DNA from: an uncultured Dehalococcoidaceae bacterium
Lineage (GTDB): Bacteria; Chloroflexota; Dehalococcoidia; Dehalococcoidales; RBG-16-60-22
Assembly (NCBI GenBank): GCA_964558675.1
Contig: CAZLEY010000007.1
Coordinates: forward strand, 88-64,087
Length of the DNA stretch: 64,000 bases
Direction: 5' to 3'
Shown: piece after piece, positions 47,105-56,453 of the stretch
How the letters are laid out: every line of letters begins with the position of its first letter
Numbering within the stretch: the stretch's first letter is position 1
Notes under the pieces: model-generated
What the model was told of the DNA's origin: nothing
What the model saw: the letters and a program-made list of their open reading frames with translations, nothing else
Database searches by the model: none
Made by a program: the position numbers and the translations under genes

Positions 47105-47375
47105 GAGGTCGTGCTAGATGGGGAGCTAGCGGTGCCCTGTACCTGCAATCCGCTACAGCAGGGTTGAACTCCTGCTTGAGGCTTTTGTCTGGTGGGACTA
47201 CCCGGACTAAGCGGCGTTGAAGGCCGGGTCCTGCGCGGCAGAGCGCTATGAACCCCGTCAGGTCCGAGAGGAAGCAGCGGTAAATAGTTATTTCTGGGTG
47301 CCGCAGGTATACCTGGCTGGAGCTGGCTGGCTCGGGCAAGCTGTTAGGCAGAGTCGAGGGCAGGTGCACGGCCTC
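47105..47375 (+). ncRNA. ffs: Signal recognition particle RNA, long (Bacillus-type, Alu-domain-containing) form
   Basis: 5' GGTCGTGCTAGATGGGGAGCTAGCGGTGCCCTGTACCTGCAATCCGCT. Domain IV GTCAGGTCCGAGAGGAAGCAGC. The 3' GGTGCACGGCCTC pairs with the 5' end. It aligns by eye with B. subtilis scRNA. Confidence 0.85.
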
Positions 47376-47383
47376 TAAATTTT

Positions 47384-48283
47384 ATGATGGATAAGGGCCT
47401 GTCAAAAGACGGTTCCAGTTCGCTTCTGGCTCAGACCAGAAAGCTGCTGCGCCGGTCTGGCCTCAGGGCAAGGAAGGGTCTGGGACAGCATTTCCTCATA
47501 GATGAAGAAGTGCTGGAGATTATCCTCGCCGCCGCTGGACTTACTCCCAATGATACGGTCATCGAGGTAGGACCCGGACTTGGTATCCTGACTGTTGAGA
47601 TGGCCAGGCGCGCCGGATGGGTAATCGCTATTGAACTGGACAACAAGCTGGCGGCTGTCCTCAGAAAGACGCTGTCTCCCTATGATAACGTGGTTATTCT
47701 CAACGAGGATATACTCGGCACCGACCCCAAAACTCTTCTACAGCAGCAGGCCCCTGCCTTCCCGGAGAAATTAAGCCCTTATAAGCTGGTGGCTAACCTG
47801 CCTTACTATATCACCTCCCCCCTCCTCCGCCACTTTCTGGAGGCTTCGGTCAAGCCGGAAAGAATGATTGTAATGGTGCAGAAAGAGGTGGCCGAGGCTA
47901 TCGTCGCCGGGCCTGGCCAGAGGAGCGTGCTCAGCATCAGCGTGCAGTTTTACGGTAAACCACACATTGTCGGCTATGTGCCCGCCAGTTCCTTCTACCC
48001 GGCGCCGGAAGTTGATTCGGCTATACTGAAAATAGAAGTGTATTCCAGTCCGGCGGTTGATGTGGATGAAAATGGCTTCTTTAAGCTGGTGCGCGCTGGC
48101 TTCTCCGCGGCCCGCAAGCAGGCGGTCAATTCTCTTTCACAGGGACTTCACCTGCCCAGGGACGAGGTTCTGGTCTTGCTGGAGAAGGCGGGCATAGCGC
48201 CGCAGCGGCGGGCGGAGACTTTTACGCTGGAGGAGTGGGCACAGCTATGGCGCGCGTTCGACGGGGAGAGAGGTGGGGGATAG
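47384..48283 (+). CDS. rsmA: 16S rRNA (adenine1518/1519-N6)-dimethyltransferase
   Basis: GQHFL and VIEVGPGLGILT SAM motifs. 299 aa. Confidence 0.9.
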   Translation: MMDKGLSKDGSSSLLAQTRKLLRRSGLRARKGLGQHFLIDEEVLEIILAAAGLTPNDTVIEVGPGLGILTVEMARRAGWVIAIELDNKLAAVLRKTLSPYDNVVILNEDILGTDPKTLLQQQAPAFPEKLSPYKLVANLPYYITSPLLRHFLEASVKPERMIVMVQKEVAEAIVAGPGQRSVLSISVQFYGKPHIVGYVPASSFYPAPEVDSAILKIEVYSSPAVDVDENGFFKLVRAGFSAARKQAVNSLSQGLHLPRDEVLVLLEKAGIAPQRRAETFTLEEWAQLWRAFDGERGGG

Positions 48284-48284
48284 C

Positions 48285-49130
48285 ATGGTAACGGTTGACG
48301 CACCCGCCAAGATAAATCTGACGCTTGAGGTCCTGGGTGAACGCCCCGATGGCTTTCACGAGATACGCAGCGTGCTCCAGGCCATAGACCTGTGTGACCT
48401 TCTGCACCTTGAGGTTGGAAGTGAAATAACCTTTAAATGCGATATGCCGGGCTGGTCAGCGGAGAAGAGCCTGGTAAACAGGGCTGTTGGCCTATTGCTG
48501 GAGACTACCGGCTGCAAAAAAGGGGCGATTGTAGAAATAGCCAAGAAAATCCCTTTAATGTCGGGACTGGGTGGCGATAGCAGCAATGCCGCGGCTGTAT
48601 TACGCGGTCTCAATGAGATCTGGGAGCTTGGCTTATCCAGGGAAAAACTTCTCGGCATGGCGGCGCAACTGGGCTCGGATGTTGCGTTCTTTCTCCGTGG
48701 CGGCACGGCCCTGGTAGAGGGCAGGGGGGAAGTAATAAAGCCACTGCCGTCACTAACGAAGATGTGGGTGGTTCTGGTGGTGCCGGATATCCCCAGAGAG
48801 CCGGGCAAGACCGCGCGGATGTATGCACGACTTAAAGACAGTCATTATACGGATGGCGAGATAACAGAGAGTCTGATAAGGGAATTAAAAGCAGGCAGGG
48901 AGTTCAAGTCTTACATGCTTTTTAATACGTTTGAAAATGTAGCCTTTGAATACTTCAAAGGACTGAAAGTCTATAAAGAACACATCATTAAACTTGGTGC
49001 TTCACTTGCCCATCTTGCCGGCTCCGGGCCGATCTTATTCAGCATGTTTAATGATAAAACTGGGGCTGAGGACTTATATACTCGCTGTAAGAATCAGGGT
49101 ATGGAAGTATATATGGTGCAGACGTTGTGA
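48285..49130 (+). CDS. ispE: 4-diphosphocytidyl-2-C-methyl-D-erythritol kinase
   Basis: APAKINLTL and the PLMSGLGGDSSNAAA GHMP-kinase motif. ATG 48285 lies just after the rsmA stop. Confidence 0.9.
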   Translation: MVTVDAPAKINLTLEVLGERPDGFHEIRSVLQAIDLCDLLHLEVGSEITFKCDMPGWSAEKSLVNRAVGLLLETTGCKKGAIVEIAKKIPLMSGLGGDSSNAAAVLRGLNEIWELGLSREKLLGMAAQLGSDVAFFLRGGTALVEGRGEVIKPLPSLTKMWVVLVVPDIPREPGKTARMYARLKDSHYTDGEITESLIRELKAGREFKSYMLFNTFENVAFEYFKGLKVYKEHIIKLGASLAHLAGSGPILFSMFNDKTGAEDLYTRCKNQGMEVYMVQTL

Positions 49131-49909
49131 AGAATCTGAGAGTATATGGTGATAAGCCTTTTACCGTGGCCGTTATTCACGGCGGACCGGGTGCGCCAGG
49201 GGAGATGGCACCGGTAGCCAGGGAGCTTGCTTCTATTGACGGGGTTTTGGAGCCATTGCAGACAAAGGACTCCGTTGAGGGACAGGTGGAAGAGCTGCAC
49301 GAGGTACTGGAAAAGAACGGAGACCTGCCGCTTACGTTAACCGGATTTTCATGGGGGGCCTGGCTCAGCTTTATTTTAACGGCGCGGCACCCATCGCTGG
49401 TGAAAAAGTTAATACTCGTGGGAAGCGGGGCTTTCGAACAGAAGTACGCTGAGAATATCGTGGCTGACAGGTTGAGTCGGCTCAACGAAGAGGAAAGGAT
49501 AGAAGCCATTAACCTGATAGAAATCATCAACAATGTTGCCGCCGATAAAAAAGGTGGACTTATGGTTCGAATCGGAGAGCTATTTGCCAAAGCTGATACG
49601 TATGCGCCGCTGCCACACAAAAGCGAGGCCCTGGAATTCAGCTATGATATTAACATAAACGTCTGGACGCAGGCTGAAAAATTGCGAATCAGCGGGGAAC
49701 TGCTGGAACTGGGGAAAAAGATAAACTGTCCGGTGGTGGCTATCCACGGTGACTATGACCCCCATCTCGCCGAGGGCGTTAGAGAACCCCTTACACGGGT
49801 TCTCAAGGATTTTAAATTCATCCTGCTGGAGAAGTGCGGCCACGAACCATGGCTGGAAAGATATGCCAGGGACAGGTTTTATGAGATACTTAGAGAAGAA
49901 TTGAAATAG
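49127..49909 (+). CDS. Alpha/beta-fold hydrolase
   Basis: GTG start overlapping the ispE stop. VIHGGPG, GFSWGA nucleophile elbow, and a C-terminal GHEP. Confidence 0.65.
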   Translation: MKNLRVYGDKPFTVAVIHGGPGAPGEMAPVARELASIDGVLEPLQTKDSVEGQVEELHEVLEKNGDLPLTLTGFSWGAWLSFILTARHPSLVKKLILVGSGAFEQKYAENIVADRLSRLNEEERIEAINLIEIINNVAADKKGGLMVRIGELFAKADTYAPLPHKSEALEFSYDININVWTQAEKLRISGELLELGKKINCPVVAIHGDYDPHLAEGVREPLTRVLKDFKFILLEKCGHEPWLERYARDRFYEILREELK

Positions 49910-50007
49910 CGGATGGAAGGGTGTAGAGCAACAGTAACGTAAATATCGAATAATATAAATGTAGGTCCATTGGGACTATTTAACCAAGGGAGTACAGGAG
50001 GTATTAC

Positions 50008-50514
50008 ATGGAAATTAAGACAGAGGGAAATTTGCAGGAAGCTTTTGCCGGAGAGAGTCAGGCGTATCGTCGCTATGTTCTATTTGCTGAAAAAGCGGAC
50101 AAGGAAGGCTATCCCCGGATAGCCAGGCTGTTTCGGGCAGCTGCCGAGGCGGAGGCGGTACATGCGCGGAACCACTTCAGCGCTATGGACGGGGTGGGCT
50201 CGACCAAGGAGAACCTGCTGGCGGCCAGCATCGGCGAACACCAGGAATTTACGGCTATGTATCCTCCTTTTATCGAAGAGGCGGAGGCGGAAAGGAATGC
50301 GAGGGCCCTGCGCAGCTTTCAGTGGGCTAATGAGGTCGAGAAGATACATCACGGTTACTTCGAGGCGGCGCTTAAGGGTCTTACGGAAGGGCAGCAATTT
50401 GAGGAAAAGACTTACTTTGTGTGCGGGGTCTGCGGTAATACCGTCACCGGGGAAGCCCCCGAGAAGTGCCCCATCTGCGGCGCTCCAGCCAAGGCTTTTA
50501 AGAAGGTGGAGTAA
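50008..50514 (+). CDS. rbr: Rubrerythrin
   Basis: Ferritin-like ExxH pairs plus a C-terminal rubredoxin-like CGVCGN...CPICGAP. Confidence 0.9.
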   Translation: MEIKTEGNLQEAFAGESQAYRRYVLFAEKADKEGYPRIARLFRAAAEAEAVHARNHFSAMDGVGSTKENLLAASIGEHQEFTAMYPPFIEEAEAERNARALRSFQWANEVEKIHHGYFEAALKGLTEGQQFEEKTYFVCGVCGNTVTGEAPEKCPICGAPAKAFKKVE

Positions 50515-50515
50515 T

Positions 50516-50605
50516 TGTCATTGCGAGGAGCGTAGCGACGCGGCAATCTCTATCTATGGAGCACCAATTTCCCCCTTTGAAAAAGGGGGATTAAGGAGGA
50601 TTTAA
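50516..50605. repeat. Mosaic intergenic repeat cluster R9 (modules C and B)
   Basis: GTCATTGCGAGGAGCGTAGCGACGCGGCAATC (50517-50548) and CCCCCTTTGAAAAAGGGGGATTAAGGAGGATTT (50571-50603). Confidence 0.8.
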
Positions 50606-51850
50606 ATCCCCCTTCACCATCTCCTCCTCTTCCCCTTTACTGCTCACCTTGCCATCCAATTTCGCCTCGCGGAGGCGTTGCAGGATTTCCTTGATGCGCG
50701 GGCCTTCCGGGATGCCAAGGCTCTTTAAGTCATCCCCAGTGAGAGCGGTATGAACATTCATGAGCACGTTGTGGTAAAGCTCGATATGCTCGGCGGCGGT
50801 CGTGGAGTCGAGGACTAATGAGTTGGCGGTAAGGGCGGTTGAGCTATAGCCGTGAAGAAGGGTGTAGATACGACTCGGTGCCAGACCGTGAACCGACAGT
50901 TCCCCGGTCTTTTCTTTGATAGCTATAGTATCCTCAAGCACCCGTGAGTACGATTTAGGCATACTGAGATACGAAATGAGCTGCCCGATTTCGTCGCAGG
51001 TAAGATGGTAGGCCAGCAGCGCCATGTAGAGCGGTGGTGGAGGTGAACCTGAGAGCCGCATGCGTGCCCGGGAGAATACACTGGGCAGCCAGTCGTCGGC
51101 TTTCAGGGACGGATGCAGTTCGGCCAGTACGCCGAGTTCATCGGCGCGACGCAGGGCTTTCTCCGGTACCGCTTCTTTAAGGATGAGCTCAAGCTCATGG
51201 CGGATGCGGTCGCCGCTGATGGTAGCCAGCATGGCGATGTCCCGTTTGAGCAGCTTGAGGGTCGTCGACTCTATCCTGAAGTCCAGGCGCTGCTCGTATC
51301 GCAGGGCGCGCCAGATGCGCGTGGCGTCATCGATAAAGCTCTTGGTATGCAGTACCCTGACCGACTTTTGCTCAAGGTCATCTTTACCCACATAGGGGTC
51401 GATGAGTTCACCGAAGTGGCCCGGGTTAAGCTCGATAGCCATGGCATTGATGGTGAAGTCGCGGCGGGACAGGTCCGTTTTTATCGTGCCCGGTTTCACT
51501 GTGGGCAGGGCGCCGGGCCTGGCGTAGGTCTCGGCGCGCGCGGTAGCTACGTCAGTACTCCCATTGTCCCACTGCAATTTGGCGGTGCCGAAACGGGGGT
51601 GGGCGGTAACTTTTGCATGGTTAATAGCTGCCAGCTCCCGTGCCAGATTGATGCCGTCGCCCTCTACCACCAGGTCGAGGTCAAGGGTGCTCCTCTCCAG
51701 AAGCAGGTCGCGCACCACGCCGCCGACCATATAGAGCCTCTGCTGCTGCCTTTCCGCCACCTCGCCGGCGGCTTTTATGAAGTTAAACGTATCAGCGGGC
51801 AGCCGTTTTTCTATATGGCCGGCCAGATAGATAACGTTACGTATACTCAC
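50591..51850 (-). CDS. tRNA nucleotidyltransferase / poly(A) polymerase family protein (CCA-adding enzyme-like)
   Basis: GGVVRDLLL...DLDLVV nucleotidyltransferase motif. The last few codons and the stop lie inside repeat module B. Confidence 0.75.
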   Translation of the reverse strand: MSIRNVIYLAGHIEKRLPADTFNFIKAAGEVAERQQQRLYMVGGVVRDLLLERSTLDLDLVVEGDGINLARELAAINHAKVTAHPRFGTAKLQWDNGSTDVATARAETYARPGALPTVKPGTIKTDLSRRDFTINAMAIELNPGHFGELIDPYVGKDDLEQKSVRVLHTKSFIDDATRIWRALRYEQRLDFRIESTTLKLLKRDIAMLATISGDRIRHELELILKEAVPEKALRRADELGVLAELHPSLKADDWLPSVFSRARMRLSGSPPPPLYMALLAYHLTCDEIGQLISYLSMPKSYSRVLEDTIAIKEKTGELSVHGLAPSRIYTLLHGYSSTALTANSLVLDSTTAAEHIELYHNVLMNVHTALTGDDLKSLGIPEGPRIKEILQRLREAKLDGKVSSKGEEEEMVKGDLNPP

Positions 51851-51931
51851 TATACCAAGTAGTATATCACAGGCTGTCCATAGTTATACCTGCGTTGGTA
51901 TTTTCAACGGCGACACCTTATAATAAACCGT

Positions 51932-52471
51932 ATGAAAGTGGTATCAATCGTAGGTATGTCCGGCTCTGGTAAGTCTGAGGTTGCCCGCATGTTTAAGGAT
52001 AAGGGCTTTGTTACAGTAAGATTCGGGGATGTCACCGATGAAGAGTTGAAAAAGCAGGGTCTGGAGCTCACCGAGGAAAACGAGCGTCCGGTCAGGGAGG
52101 CTTTCAGGAAGAAACACGGAATGGCTGCCTATGCCATATTGAACCTGCCGCGGATTGATGCTGCCCTGGCGAAATCAAATGTGGTGGTCGACGGGCTTTA
52201 CTCCTGGGAGGAATATGACTATCTCAAGACTCATTATGGTGATGATTTTATGGTTGTCGCGGTATGGTCGTCGCCGGAGACCAGGTATGCACGGCTGAGC
52301 AGCCGTAAAGTAAGGCCCCTGACAGCTAAAGAGGCCGCCGGGCGTGACCATGCTGAAATCCAAAACCTTGATAAGGGCGGGCCGATTGCCATGGCTGATT
52401 TTACCGTCATAAACGAGTCTTCAGTGAACGACCTGAAGAAGGAGGTAGAATGGATAATAAGTCGATTATGA
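51932..52471 (+). CDS. P-loop nucleotide/nucleoside kinase-like protein (adenylate or dephospho-CoA kinase-like fold)
   Basis: Walker A GMSGSGKS. 179 aa. Overlaps the dCMP deaminase gene. Confidence 0.5.
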   Translation: MKVVSIVGMSGSGKSEVARMFKDKGFVTVRFGDVTDEELKKQGLELTEENERPVREAFRKKHGMAAYAILNLPRIDAALAKSNVVVDGLYSWEEYDYLKTHYGDDFMVVAVWSSPETRYARLSSRKVRPLTAKEAAGRDHAEIQNLDKGGPIAMADFTVINESSVNDLKKEVEWIISRL

Positions 52472-52956
52472 CAGCGGATAAAGCGAAAAGGCCGGATATT
52501 GACGAATATTTCCTGAAGATAGCCTCAGTTGTGGCCGAGCGCTCTACGTGCCTCCGACACCATATTGGGGCGGTATCGGTGAAGAACAAGCATATCCTGA
52601 CAACGGGCTATAGCGGCGCCCCGTCCGGTGCCAAAGACTGCCTTGAGTTGGGCTGCCTTCGCGATGAACTGGGAATACCATCAGGAGAGAGGCATGAAAT
52701 TTGCCGTGGTATTCACGCTGAGCAGAACGTGATTATACAGGCGGGCCTCCACGGTGTCAGCCTTGAGGGCAGTACCGTTTACTGCACGCATACGCCATGC
52801 GTGCTTTGCGCCAAGATGCTGGTGAACTCCAAGATAGCGAGGTTCGTTAGTTTCGGCAAGTATAACGATGACAATTTTATTGAGCTATTCCGTGAGGCGG
52901 GTATCCAGGTTGACATGAAAGAAAGACCACCGTCAGAGATTACGTTCCTGGACTAG
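52450..52956 (+). CDS. dCMP deaminase (cytidine/deoxycytidylate deaminase family)
   Basis: HAEQN and PCVLCAKM zinc-binding motifs. AGGAGG sits about 5 nt upstream of ATG 52450. Confidence 0.85.
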   Translation: MDNKSIMTADKAKRPDIDEYFLKIASVVAERSTCLRHHIGAVSVKNKHILTTGYSGAPSGAKDCLELGCLRDELGIPSGERHEICRGIHAEQNVIIQAGLHGVSLEGSTVYCTHTPCVLCAKMLVNSKIARFVSFGKYNDDNFIELFREAGIQVDMKERPPSEITFLD

Positions 52957-53900
52957 CTCTTAACTTTCCTCTTTATCGCCTTATTGACGGCGTTCACGAT
53001 GTCCCTGGCCGTCAGGCCGTAACGTTCCAGAAGCTCGGCTGGTTTGCCTGACTTGGCGTAGGTATCCCTGACAGCCACGAATTCCATTGGCACCGGCCGG
53101 TGTTTGGCTATTACGCGGGCAACCGTGCTGCCCAGTCCGCCATGCTCCATGTGCTCCTCGGCGGTGACAATGGTGCCCGTCTCATCGGCAGCTTTGATAA
53201 TAGCGGCTTCGTCAATGGGTTTAAGAGTGGGCATATTCAGTACCCGGCAGTTGATACCCTGACTGTCAAGTTCTCTGGCTGCCTCCAGAGCTGCGGCAAC
53301 CATGATGCCCAGGGCTATGATGGTAGCATCCGTACCCGGTCTCATCGTTACCGCCTTGCCCAGTTCAAAGCGGTAGTCCTCCGTATAGACCAGCGGCAGT
53401 TTGGGTCGGCCCAGCCTGATGTAACAGGGTCCCTGATAGTCGGCCACTGCCTTTACCGCCTGGACAGTTTCAATGGCGTCAGCCGGGACGATGACGGTAA
53501 AGCCGGGCAGGGAACAGATGAGGGAAAGGTCTTCAATGGCCTGGTGCGAAGTGCCGTCTTCACCGACACTGAGGCCGCCGTGGGTGGCCACCAGCTTTAC
53601 ATTGAGTCCGGGCTGGGCTATGGACATGCGAATCTGGTCAAAGCAGCGTCCCGGGGCAAAGACGGCAAAGGTGCTGGCAAACGGTATCTTGCCTGATGCG
53701 GCGAGACCGGCGGCAATGCTTACCATGTTCTGCTCGGCGATGCCGATGTCAAAGGAGCGTTCGGGGAATTCCTTCATGAAATACTTCGTCATTGTTGAAG
53801 GGCACAGGTCAGCATCCAGCACAACAATGTCCGGATTTATCTTCCCCAGTTCCACCAGGGTTTCACCGTAGGCGTCCCTCATGGAGGCTTCTTCGGGCAT
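52953..53900 (-). CDS. Transketolase, C-terminal (pyrimidine-binding) subunit
   Basis: 315 aa. IGIAEQNMV motif. Split-gene arrangement with the upstream ORF. Confidence 0.9.
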   Translation of the reverse strand: MPEEASMRDAYGETLVELGKINPDIVVLDADLCPSTMTKYFMKEFPERSFDIGIAEQNMVSIAAGLAASGKIPFASTFAVFAPGRCFDQIRMSIAQPGLNVKLVATHGGLSVGEDGTSHQAIEDLSLICSLPGFTVIVPADAIETVQAVKAVADYQGPCYIRLGRPKLPLVYTEDYRFELGKAVTMRPGTDATIIALGIMVAAALEAARELDSQGINCRVLNMPTLKPIDEAAIIKAADETGTIVTAEEHMEHGGLGSTVARVIAKHRPVPMEFVAVRDTYAKSGKPAELLERYGLTARDIVNAVNKAIKRKVKS

Positions 53901-53902
53901 AA

Positions 53903-54799
53903 TTACTCGAGCTCCTTCAGGGCTATTTCCAGTTCGTCTTTATTGGGTGCCTTACCGTGGAAGCCGGCAACATTCTCCATAAAGCTGACCCCCTTGCCCT
54001 TGACGGTATGGGCGATTATTACAGTAGGCTGCCCCTTCACCGCTTTTGCTTTTTTAAAAGCGCCGATAAGCTGGTCGAAGTCATGACCATCTACGTTAAT
54101 AACGTGCCAGCCGAAGGCTTCCCATTTCTTTTCCAGGGGAGCCAGACTCATAACATCGCAGTTCCACCCATCTATCTGCAGTCCGTTGTTGTCCACGATG
54201 GCTGTCAGGTTGTCCAGCTTGTAGTGAGCGGCGGCCATGGCACCTTCCCACACCTGACCCTCATCGCATTCGCCGTCGCCCAGCAGGACATAGACGCGGT
54301 ATCCCTCAGAGTCGAGGCGACCCGCCAGGGCTATACCGATGGCAAAGGACAAGCCCTGCCCCAGACTCCCCGATGACATTTCTATGCCGGGGGTAGCCGT
54401 ACGGTCGGCATGTCCCTGGAGGCGGCTGTCCATCTGCCTTAAAGTGGTCAGTTCGCTGACGGGGAAGTAGCCGCACTCGGCCAGAACGGAGTAAAGCATC
54501 GGGACGGCATGTCCCTTGCTCAGGATGAACCTGTCCCGGTCTGCCCAGTGAGGGTCGGCGGGTTTATGCCGCAGCACTTTCCAGTAGAGCGTCGTGACTA
54601 TCTCCACCGCCGATAGAGAGCCGCCGGGGTGACCGCTGCCTGCCCTGCCTATCATCGTGACGATGTGCCGGCGCAGTCTTTTAGCGACCGCTTTTAAGTC
54701 CTCGTTAGAAACAAAAACCCCGGCGTTATTGGCCGAGGTTCTCGATGATGAGTTTTTAGAATCAGATGGTGTCGCCACAGCATCTATATTATACAACAA
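53903..54799 (-). CDS. Transketolase, N-terminal (TPP-binding) subunit
   Basis: GHPGGSLS and GDGECDEGQVWE. The start is uncertain: TTG 54799/54796 or GTG 54778, with no ATG and no clear SD. Confidence 0.85.
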   Translation of the reverse strand: MLYNIDAVATPSDSKNSSSRTSANNAGVFVSNEDLKAVAKRLRRHIVTMIGRAGSGHPGGSLSAVEIVTTLYWKVLRHKPADPHWADRDRFILSKGHAVPMLYSVLAECGYFPVSELTTLRQMDSRLQGHADRTATPGIEMSSGSLGQGLSFAIGIALAGRLDSEGYRVYVLLGDGECDEGQVWEGAMAAAHYKLDNLTAIVDNNGLQIDGWNCDVMSLAPLEKKWEAFGWHVINVDGHDFDQLIGAFKKAKAVKGQPTVIIAHTVKGKGVSFMENVAGFHGKAPNKDELEIALKELE

Positions 54800-54879
54800 C
54801 GAAAAATGCCAAGTCTACATTGGAAATTGATTTTTACGACTGAATATGCTTAAATTGACACAGTGAAAGGGGAATGTAA

Positions 54880-55563
54880 ATGGACGACCTGACATTAACG
54901 GCTGAGAAGAGGGATGTGCTGGGGAAAAAGAACCGGTTTTTACGTCGGCAGGGGATTACGCCGGCCCATTTATTTGGACATAGTATAGAGTCGAAGGCGC
55001 TGCAATGTGATACTGTTGAGCTCAAGCGGATTATTGCCCACGCCGGAGCCACTCGCCTCATCAGCCTTAAAATCGCTGGCGAGAAACAGCCAAAGGGTGT
55101 ATTCATACGTGAGATTCAGAGAGACGTAGTCAGCAGACAACTGCTTCATGTCGACTTCTACCAGGTGAAGATGGGAGAGAAGATGGCGGTGGAGGTTCCT
55201 GTCGTTCTGGTGGGAGAAGCACCAGCCATGAAAGCGAAGGGGCGTATGCTGGCTTACGGCATTACCAGTCTACATATTGAGTGCCTGCCTGATAAAGTTC
55301 CACCACAGATAGAAGTTGACATAAGTATGCTGGAAGAAGTAGAGCAGGCCATTCATGTTAAGGACATTGTTATTGACCCGGACATTACGGTTCATACTGA
55401 CCCCGAGCAGTTAGTGGTGAAGGTAGCGGAAGCCATGATGAAGGTAGAAGAGGTGGAAGAGGTTGAGGCAGAGGAAGAGGCTGCGGTTGAAGCTGAGGCT
55501 GAAGCACCGGCGGAGGGAGCTCAGAAAGCGCCACCGGCTGAGTCCTCTGAAAAAGAAGAATAG
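54880..55563 (+). CDS. rplY: 50S ribosomal protein L25 / general stress protein Ctc, with an acidic C-terminal tail
   Basis: LTAEKRDVLGKKNRFLRRQGITPAHLFG. 227 aa. Confidence 0.9.
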   Translation: MDDLTLTAEKRDVLGKKNRFLRRQGITPAHLFGHSIESKALQCDTVELKRIIAHAGATRLISLKIAGEKQPKGVFIREIQRDVVSRQLLHVDFYQVKMGEKMAVEVPVVLVGEAPAMKAKGRMLAYGITSLHIECLPDKVPPQIEVDISMLEEVEQAIHVKDIVIDPDITVHTDPEQLVVKVAEAMMKVEEVEEVEAEEEAAVEAEAEAPAEGAQKAPPAESSEKEE

Positions 55564-55598
55564 CATATAGCGGCTGTCTATAGCTATTCGGTTGTGGT

Positions 55599-56444
55599 TT
55601 GACGATGATAGTTGATTTCCACACGCATGTGCTGTCGCCACGGATAAAGGAAAATCGCAACCGTTACGTGGATAGCGACCCCGCCTTTGCCCTTATCTAT
55701 TCAGATGAAAAAGCCAGGATTGCCACGGCTGACGAGCTTATTGAAAACATGGATAGAGACGGGGTTGATTTTTCGGTCATCGTCAATTATGGCTGGAGCA
55801 CTCACGAGCTCTGCGTGGAAACCAATGATTACATCCTGGAGTCTGTGGCACGCTACCCGAAACGCTTGATAGGTTTTTGTGCCGTAGAATCATGTCACTC
55901 GGAATCCGCCCTGGCTGAAATCGAGCGCTGTGCCCGTGGAGGTATAAGGGGGGTTGGCGAGCTCCGACCGGATACGCAGTCACTCGACTTCACCCGGAGA
56001 GAGGCCATGGAGCCTCTTGTAGGGGTGTTACGGGAACATCATCTGATTCTATTAACACATTCCTCCGAACCGGTAGGGCATATCTATCCTGGCAAGGGGA
56101 GTGTCACCCCGGATGTTCTTTACGCATTTATCACCAGCTTCCCGGATTTGCCCATAGTCTGTGCCCACTGGGGAGGGGGCTTACCCTTCTATACCCTGAT
56201 GCCCGAAGTAAGAGAAGCTCTGGAAAATGTCTATTTTGATACTGCGGCGTCGCCTTTTCTCTATCGCCCCGAAATATACCGCCAGGTCAGCCAGCTTATT
56301 GGTGCCGACAGGATACTCTTTGGCAGTGACTATCCCCTGATGCCGCCGTCACGATTGCTTAAAGAAATAGATTCAGTGGATTTATCTGATGAAGAAAGAG
56401 ACCTGATTCTGTCCGGCAACGCCCGCCGGTTGCTGGGTATTTAG
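55599..56444 (+). CDS. Amidohydrolase-family metal-dependent hydrolase (TIM barrel)
   Basis: IVDFHTHV N-terminal metal motif, and ...FGSDYP near the C-terminus. Start is TTG 55599 or ATG 55605. Confidence 0.7.
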   Translation: MTMIVDFHTHVLSPRIKENRNRYVDSDPAFALIYSDEKARIATADELIENMDRDGVDFSVIVNYGWSTHELCVETNDYILESVARYPKRLIGFCAVESCHSESALAEIERCARGGIRGVGELRPDTQSLDFTRREAMEPLVGVLREHHLILLTHSSEPVGHIYPGKGSVTPDVLYAFITSFPDLPIVCAHWGGGLPFYTLMPEVREALENVYFDTAASPFLYRPEIYRQVSQLIGADRILFGSDYPLMPPSRLLKEIDSVDLSDEERDLILSGNARRLLGI

Positions 56445-56453
56445 GCCTGTAAA

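Noticed and set aside
47100-47369. 89-aa minus-strand ORF.
   Set aside because: It lies entirely antisense to a sequence that matches the long-form SRP RNA motif by motif. It has no RBS and an odd composition.
49564-49573. tRNA T-arm-like GGTTCGAATC string.
   Set aside because: It lies inside the alpha/beta-hydrolase CDS with no acceptor or anticodon stems around it. No tRNA could be folded by eye anywhere in the window.
51060-51862. Plus-strand ORFs (111 aa and 249 aa) antisense to the nucleotidyltransferase gene.
   Set aside because: They are shadow ORFs. The minus strand carries the GGVVRD / DLD catalytic motifs.
55430-55560. GAA/GAG/GCT-rich repetitive DNA at the end of the L25 gene.
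   Set aside because: It encodes the acidic E/A-rich C-terminal tail of Ctc-type L25. This is a low-complexity coding sequence rather than an independent repeat element.
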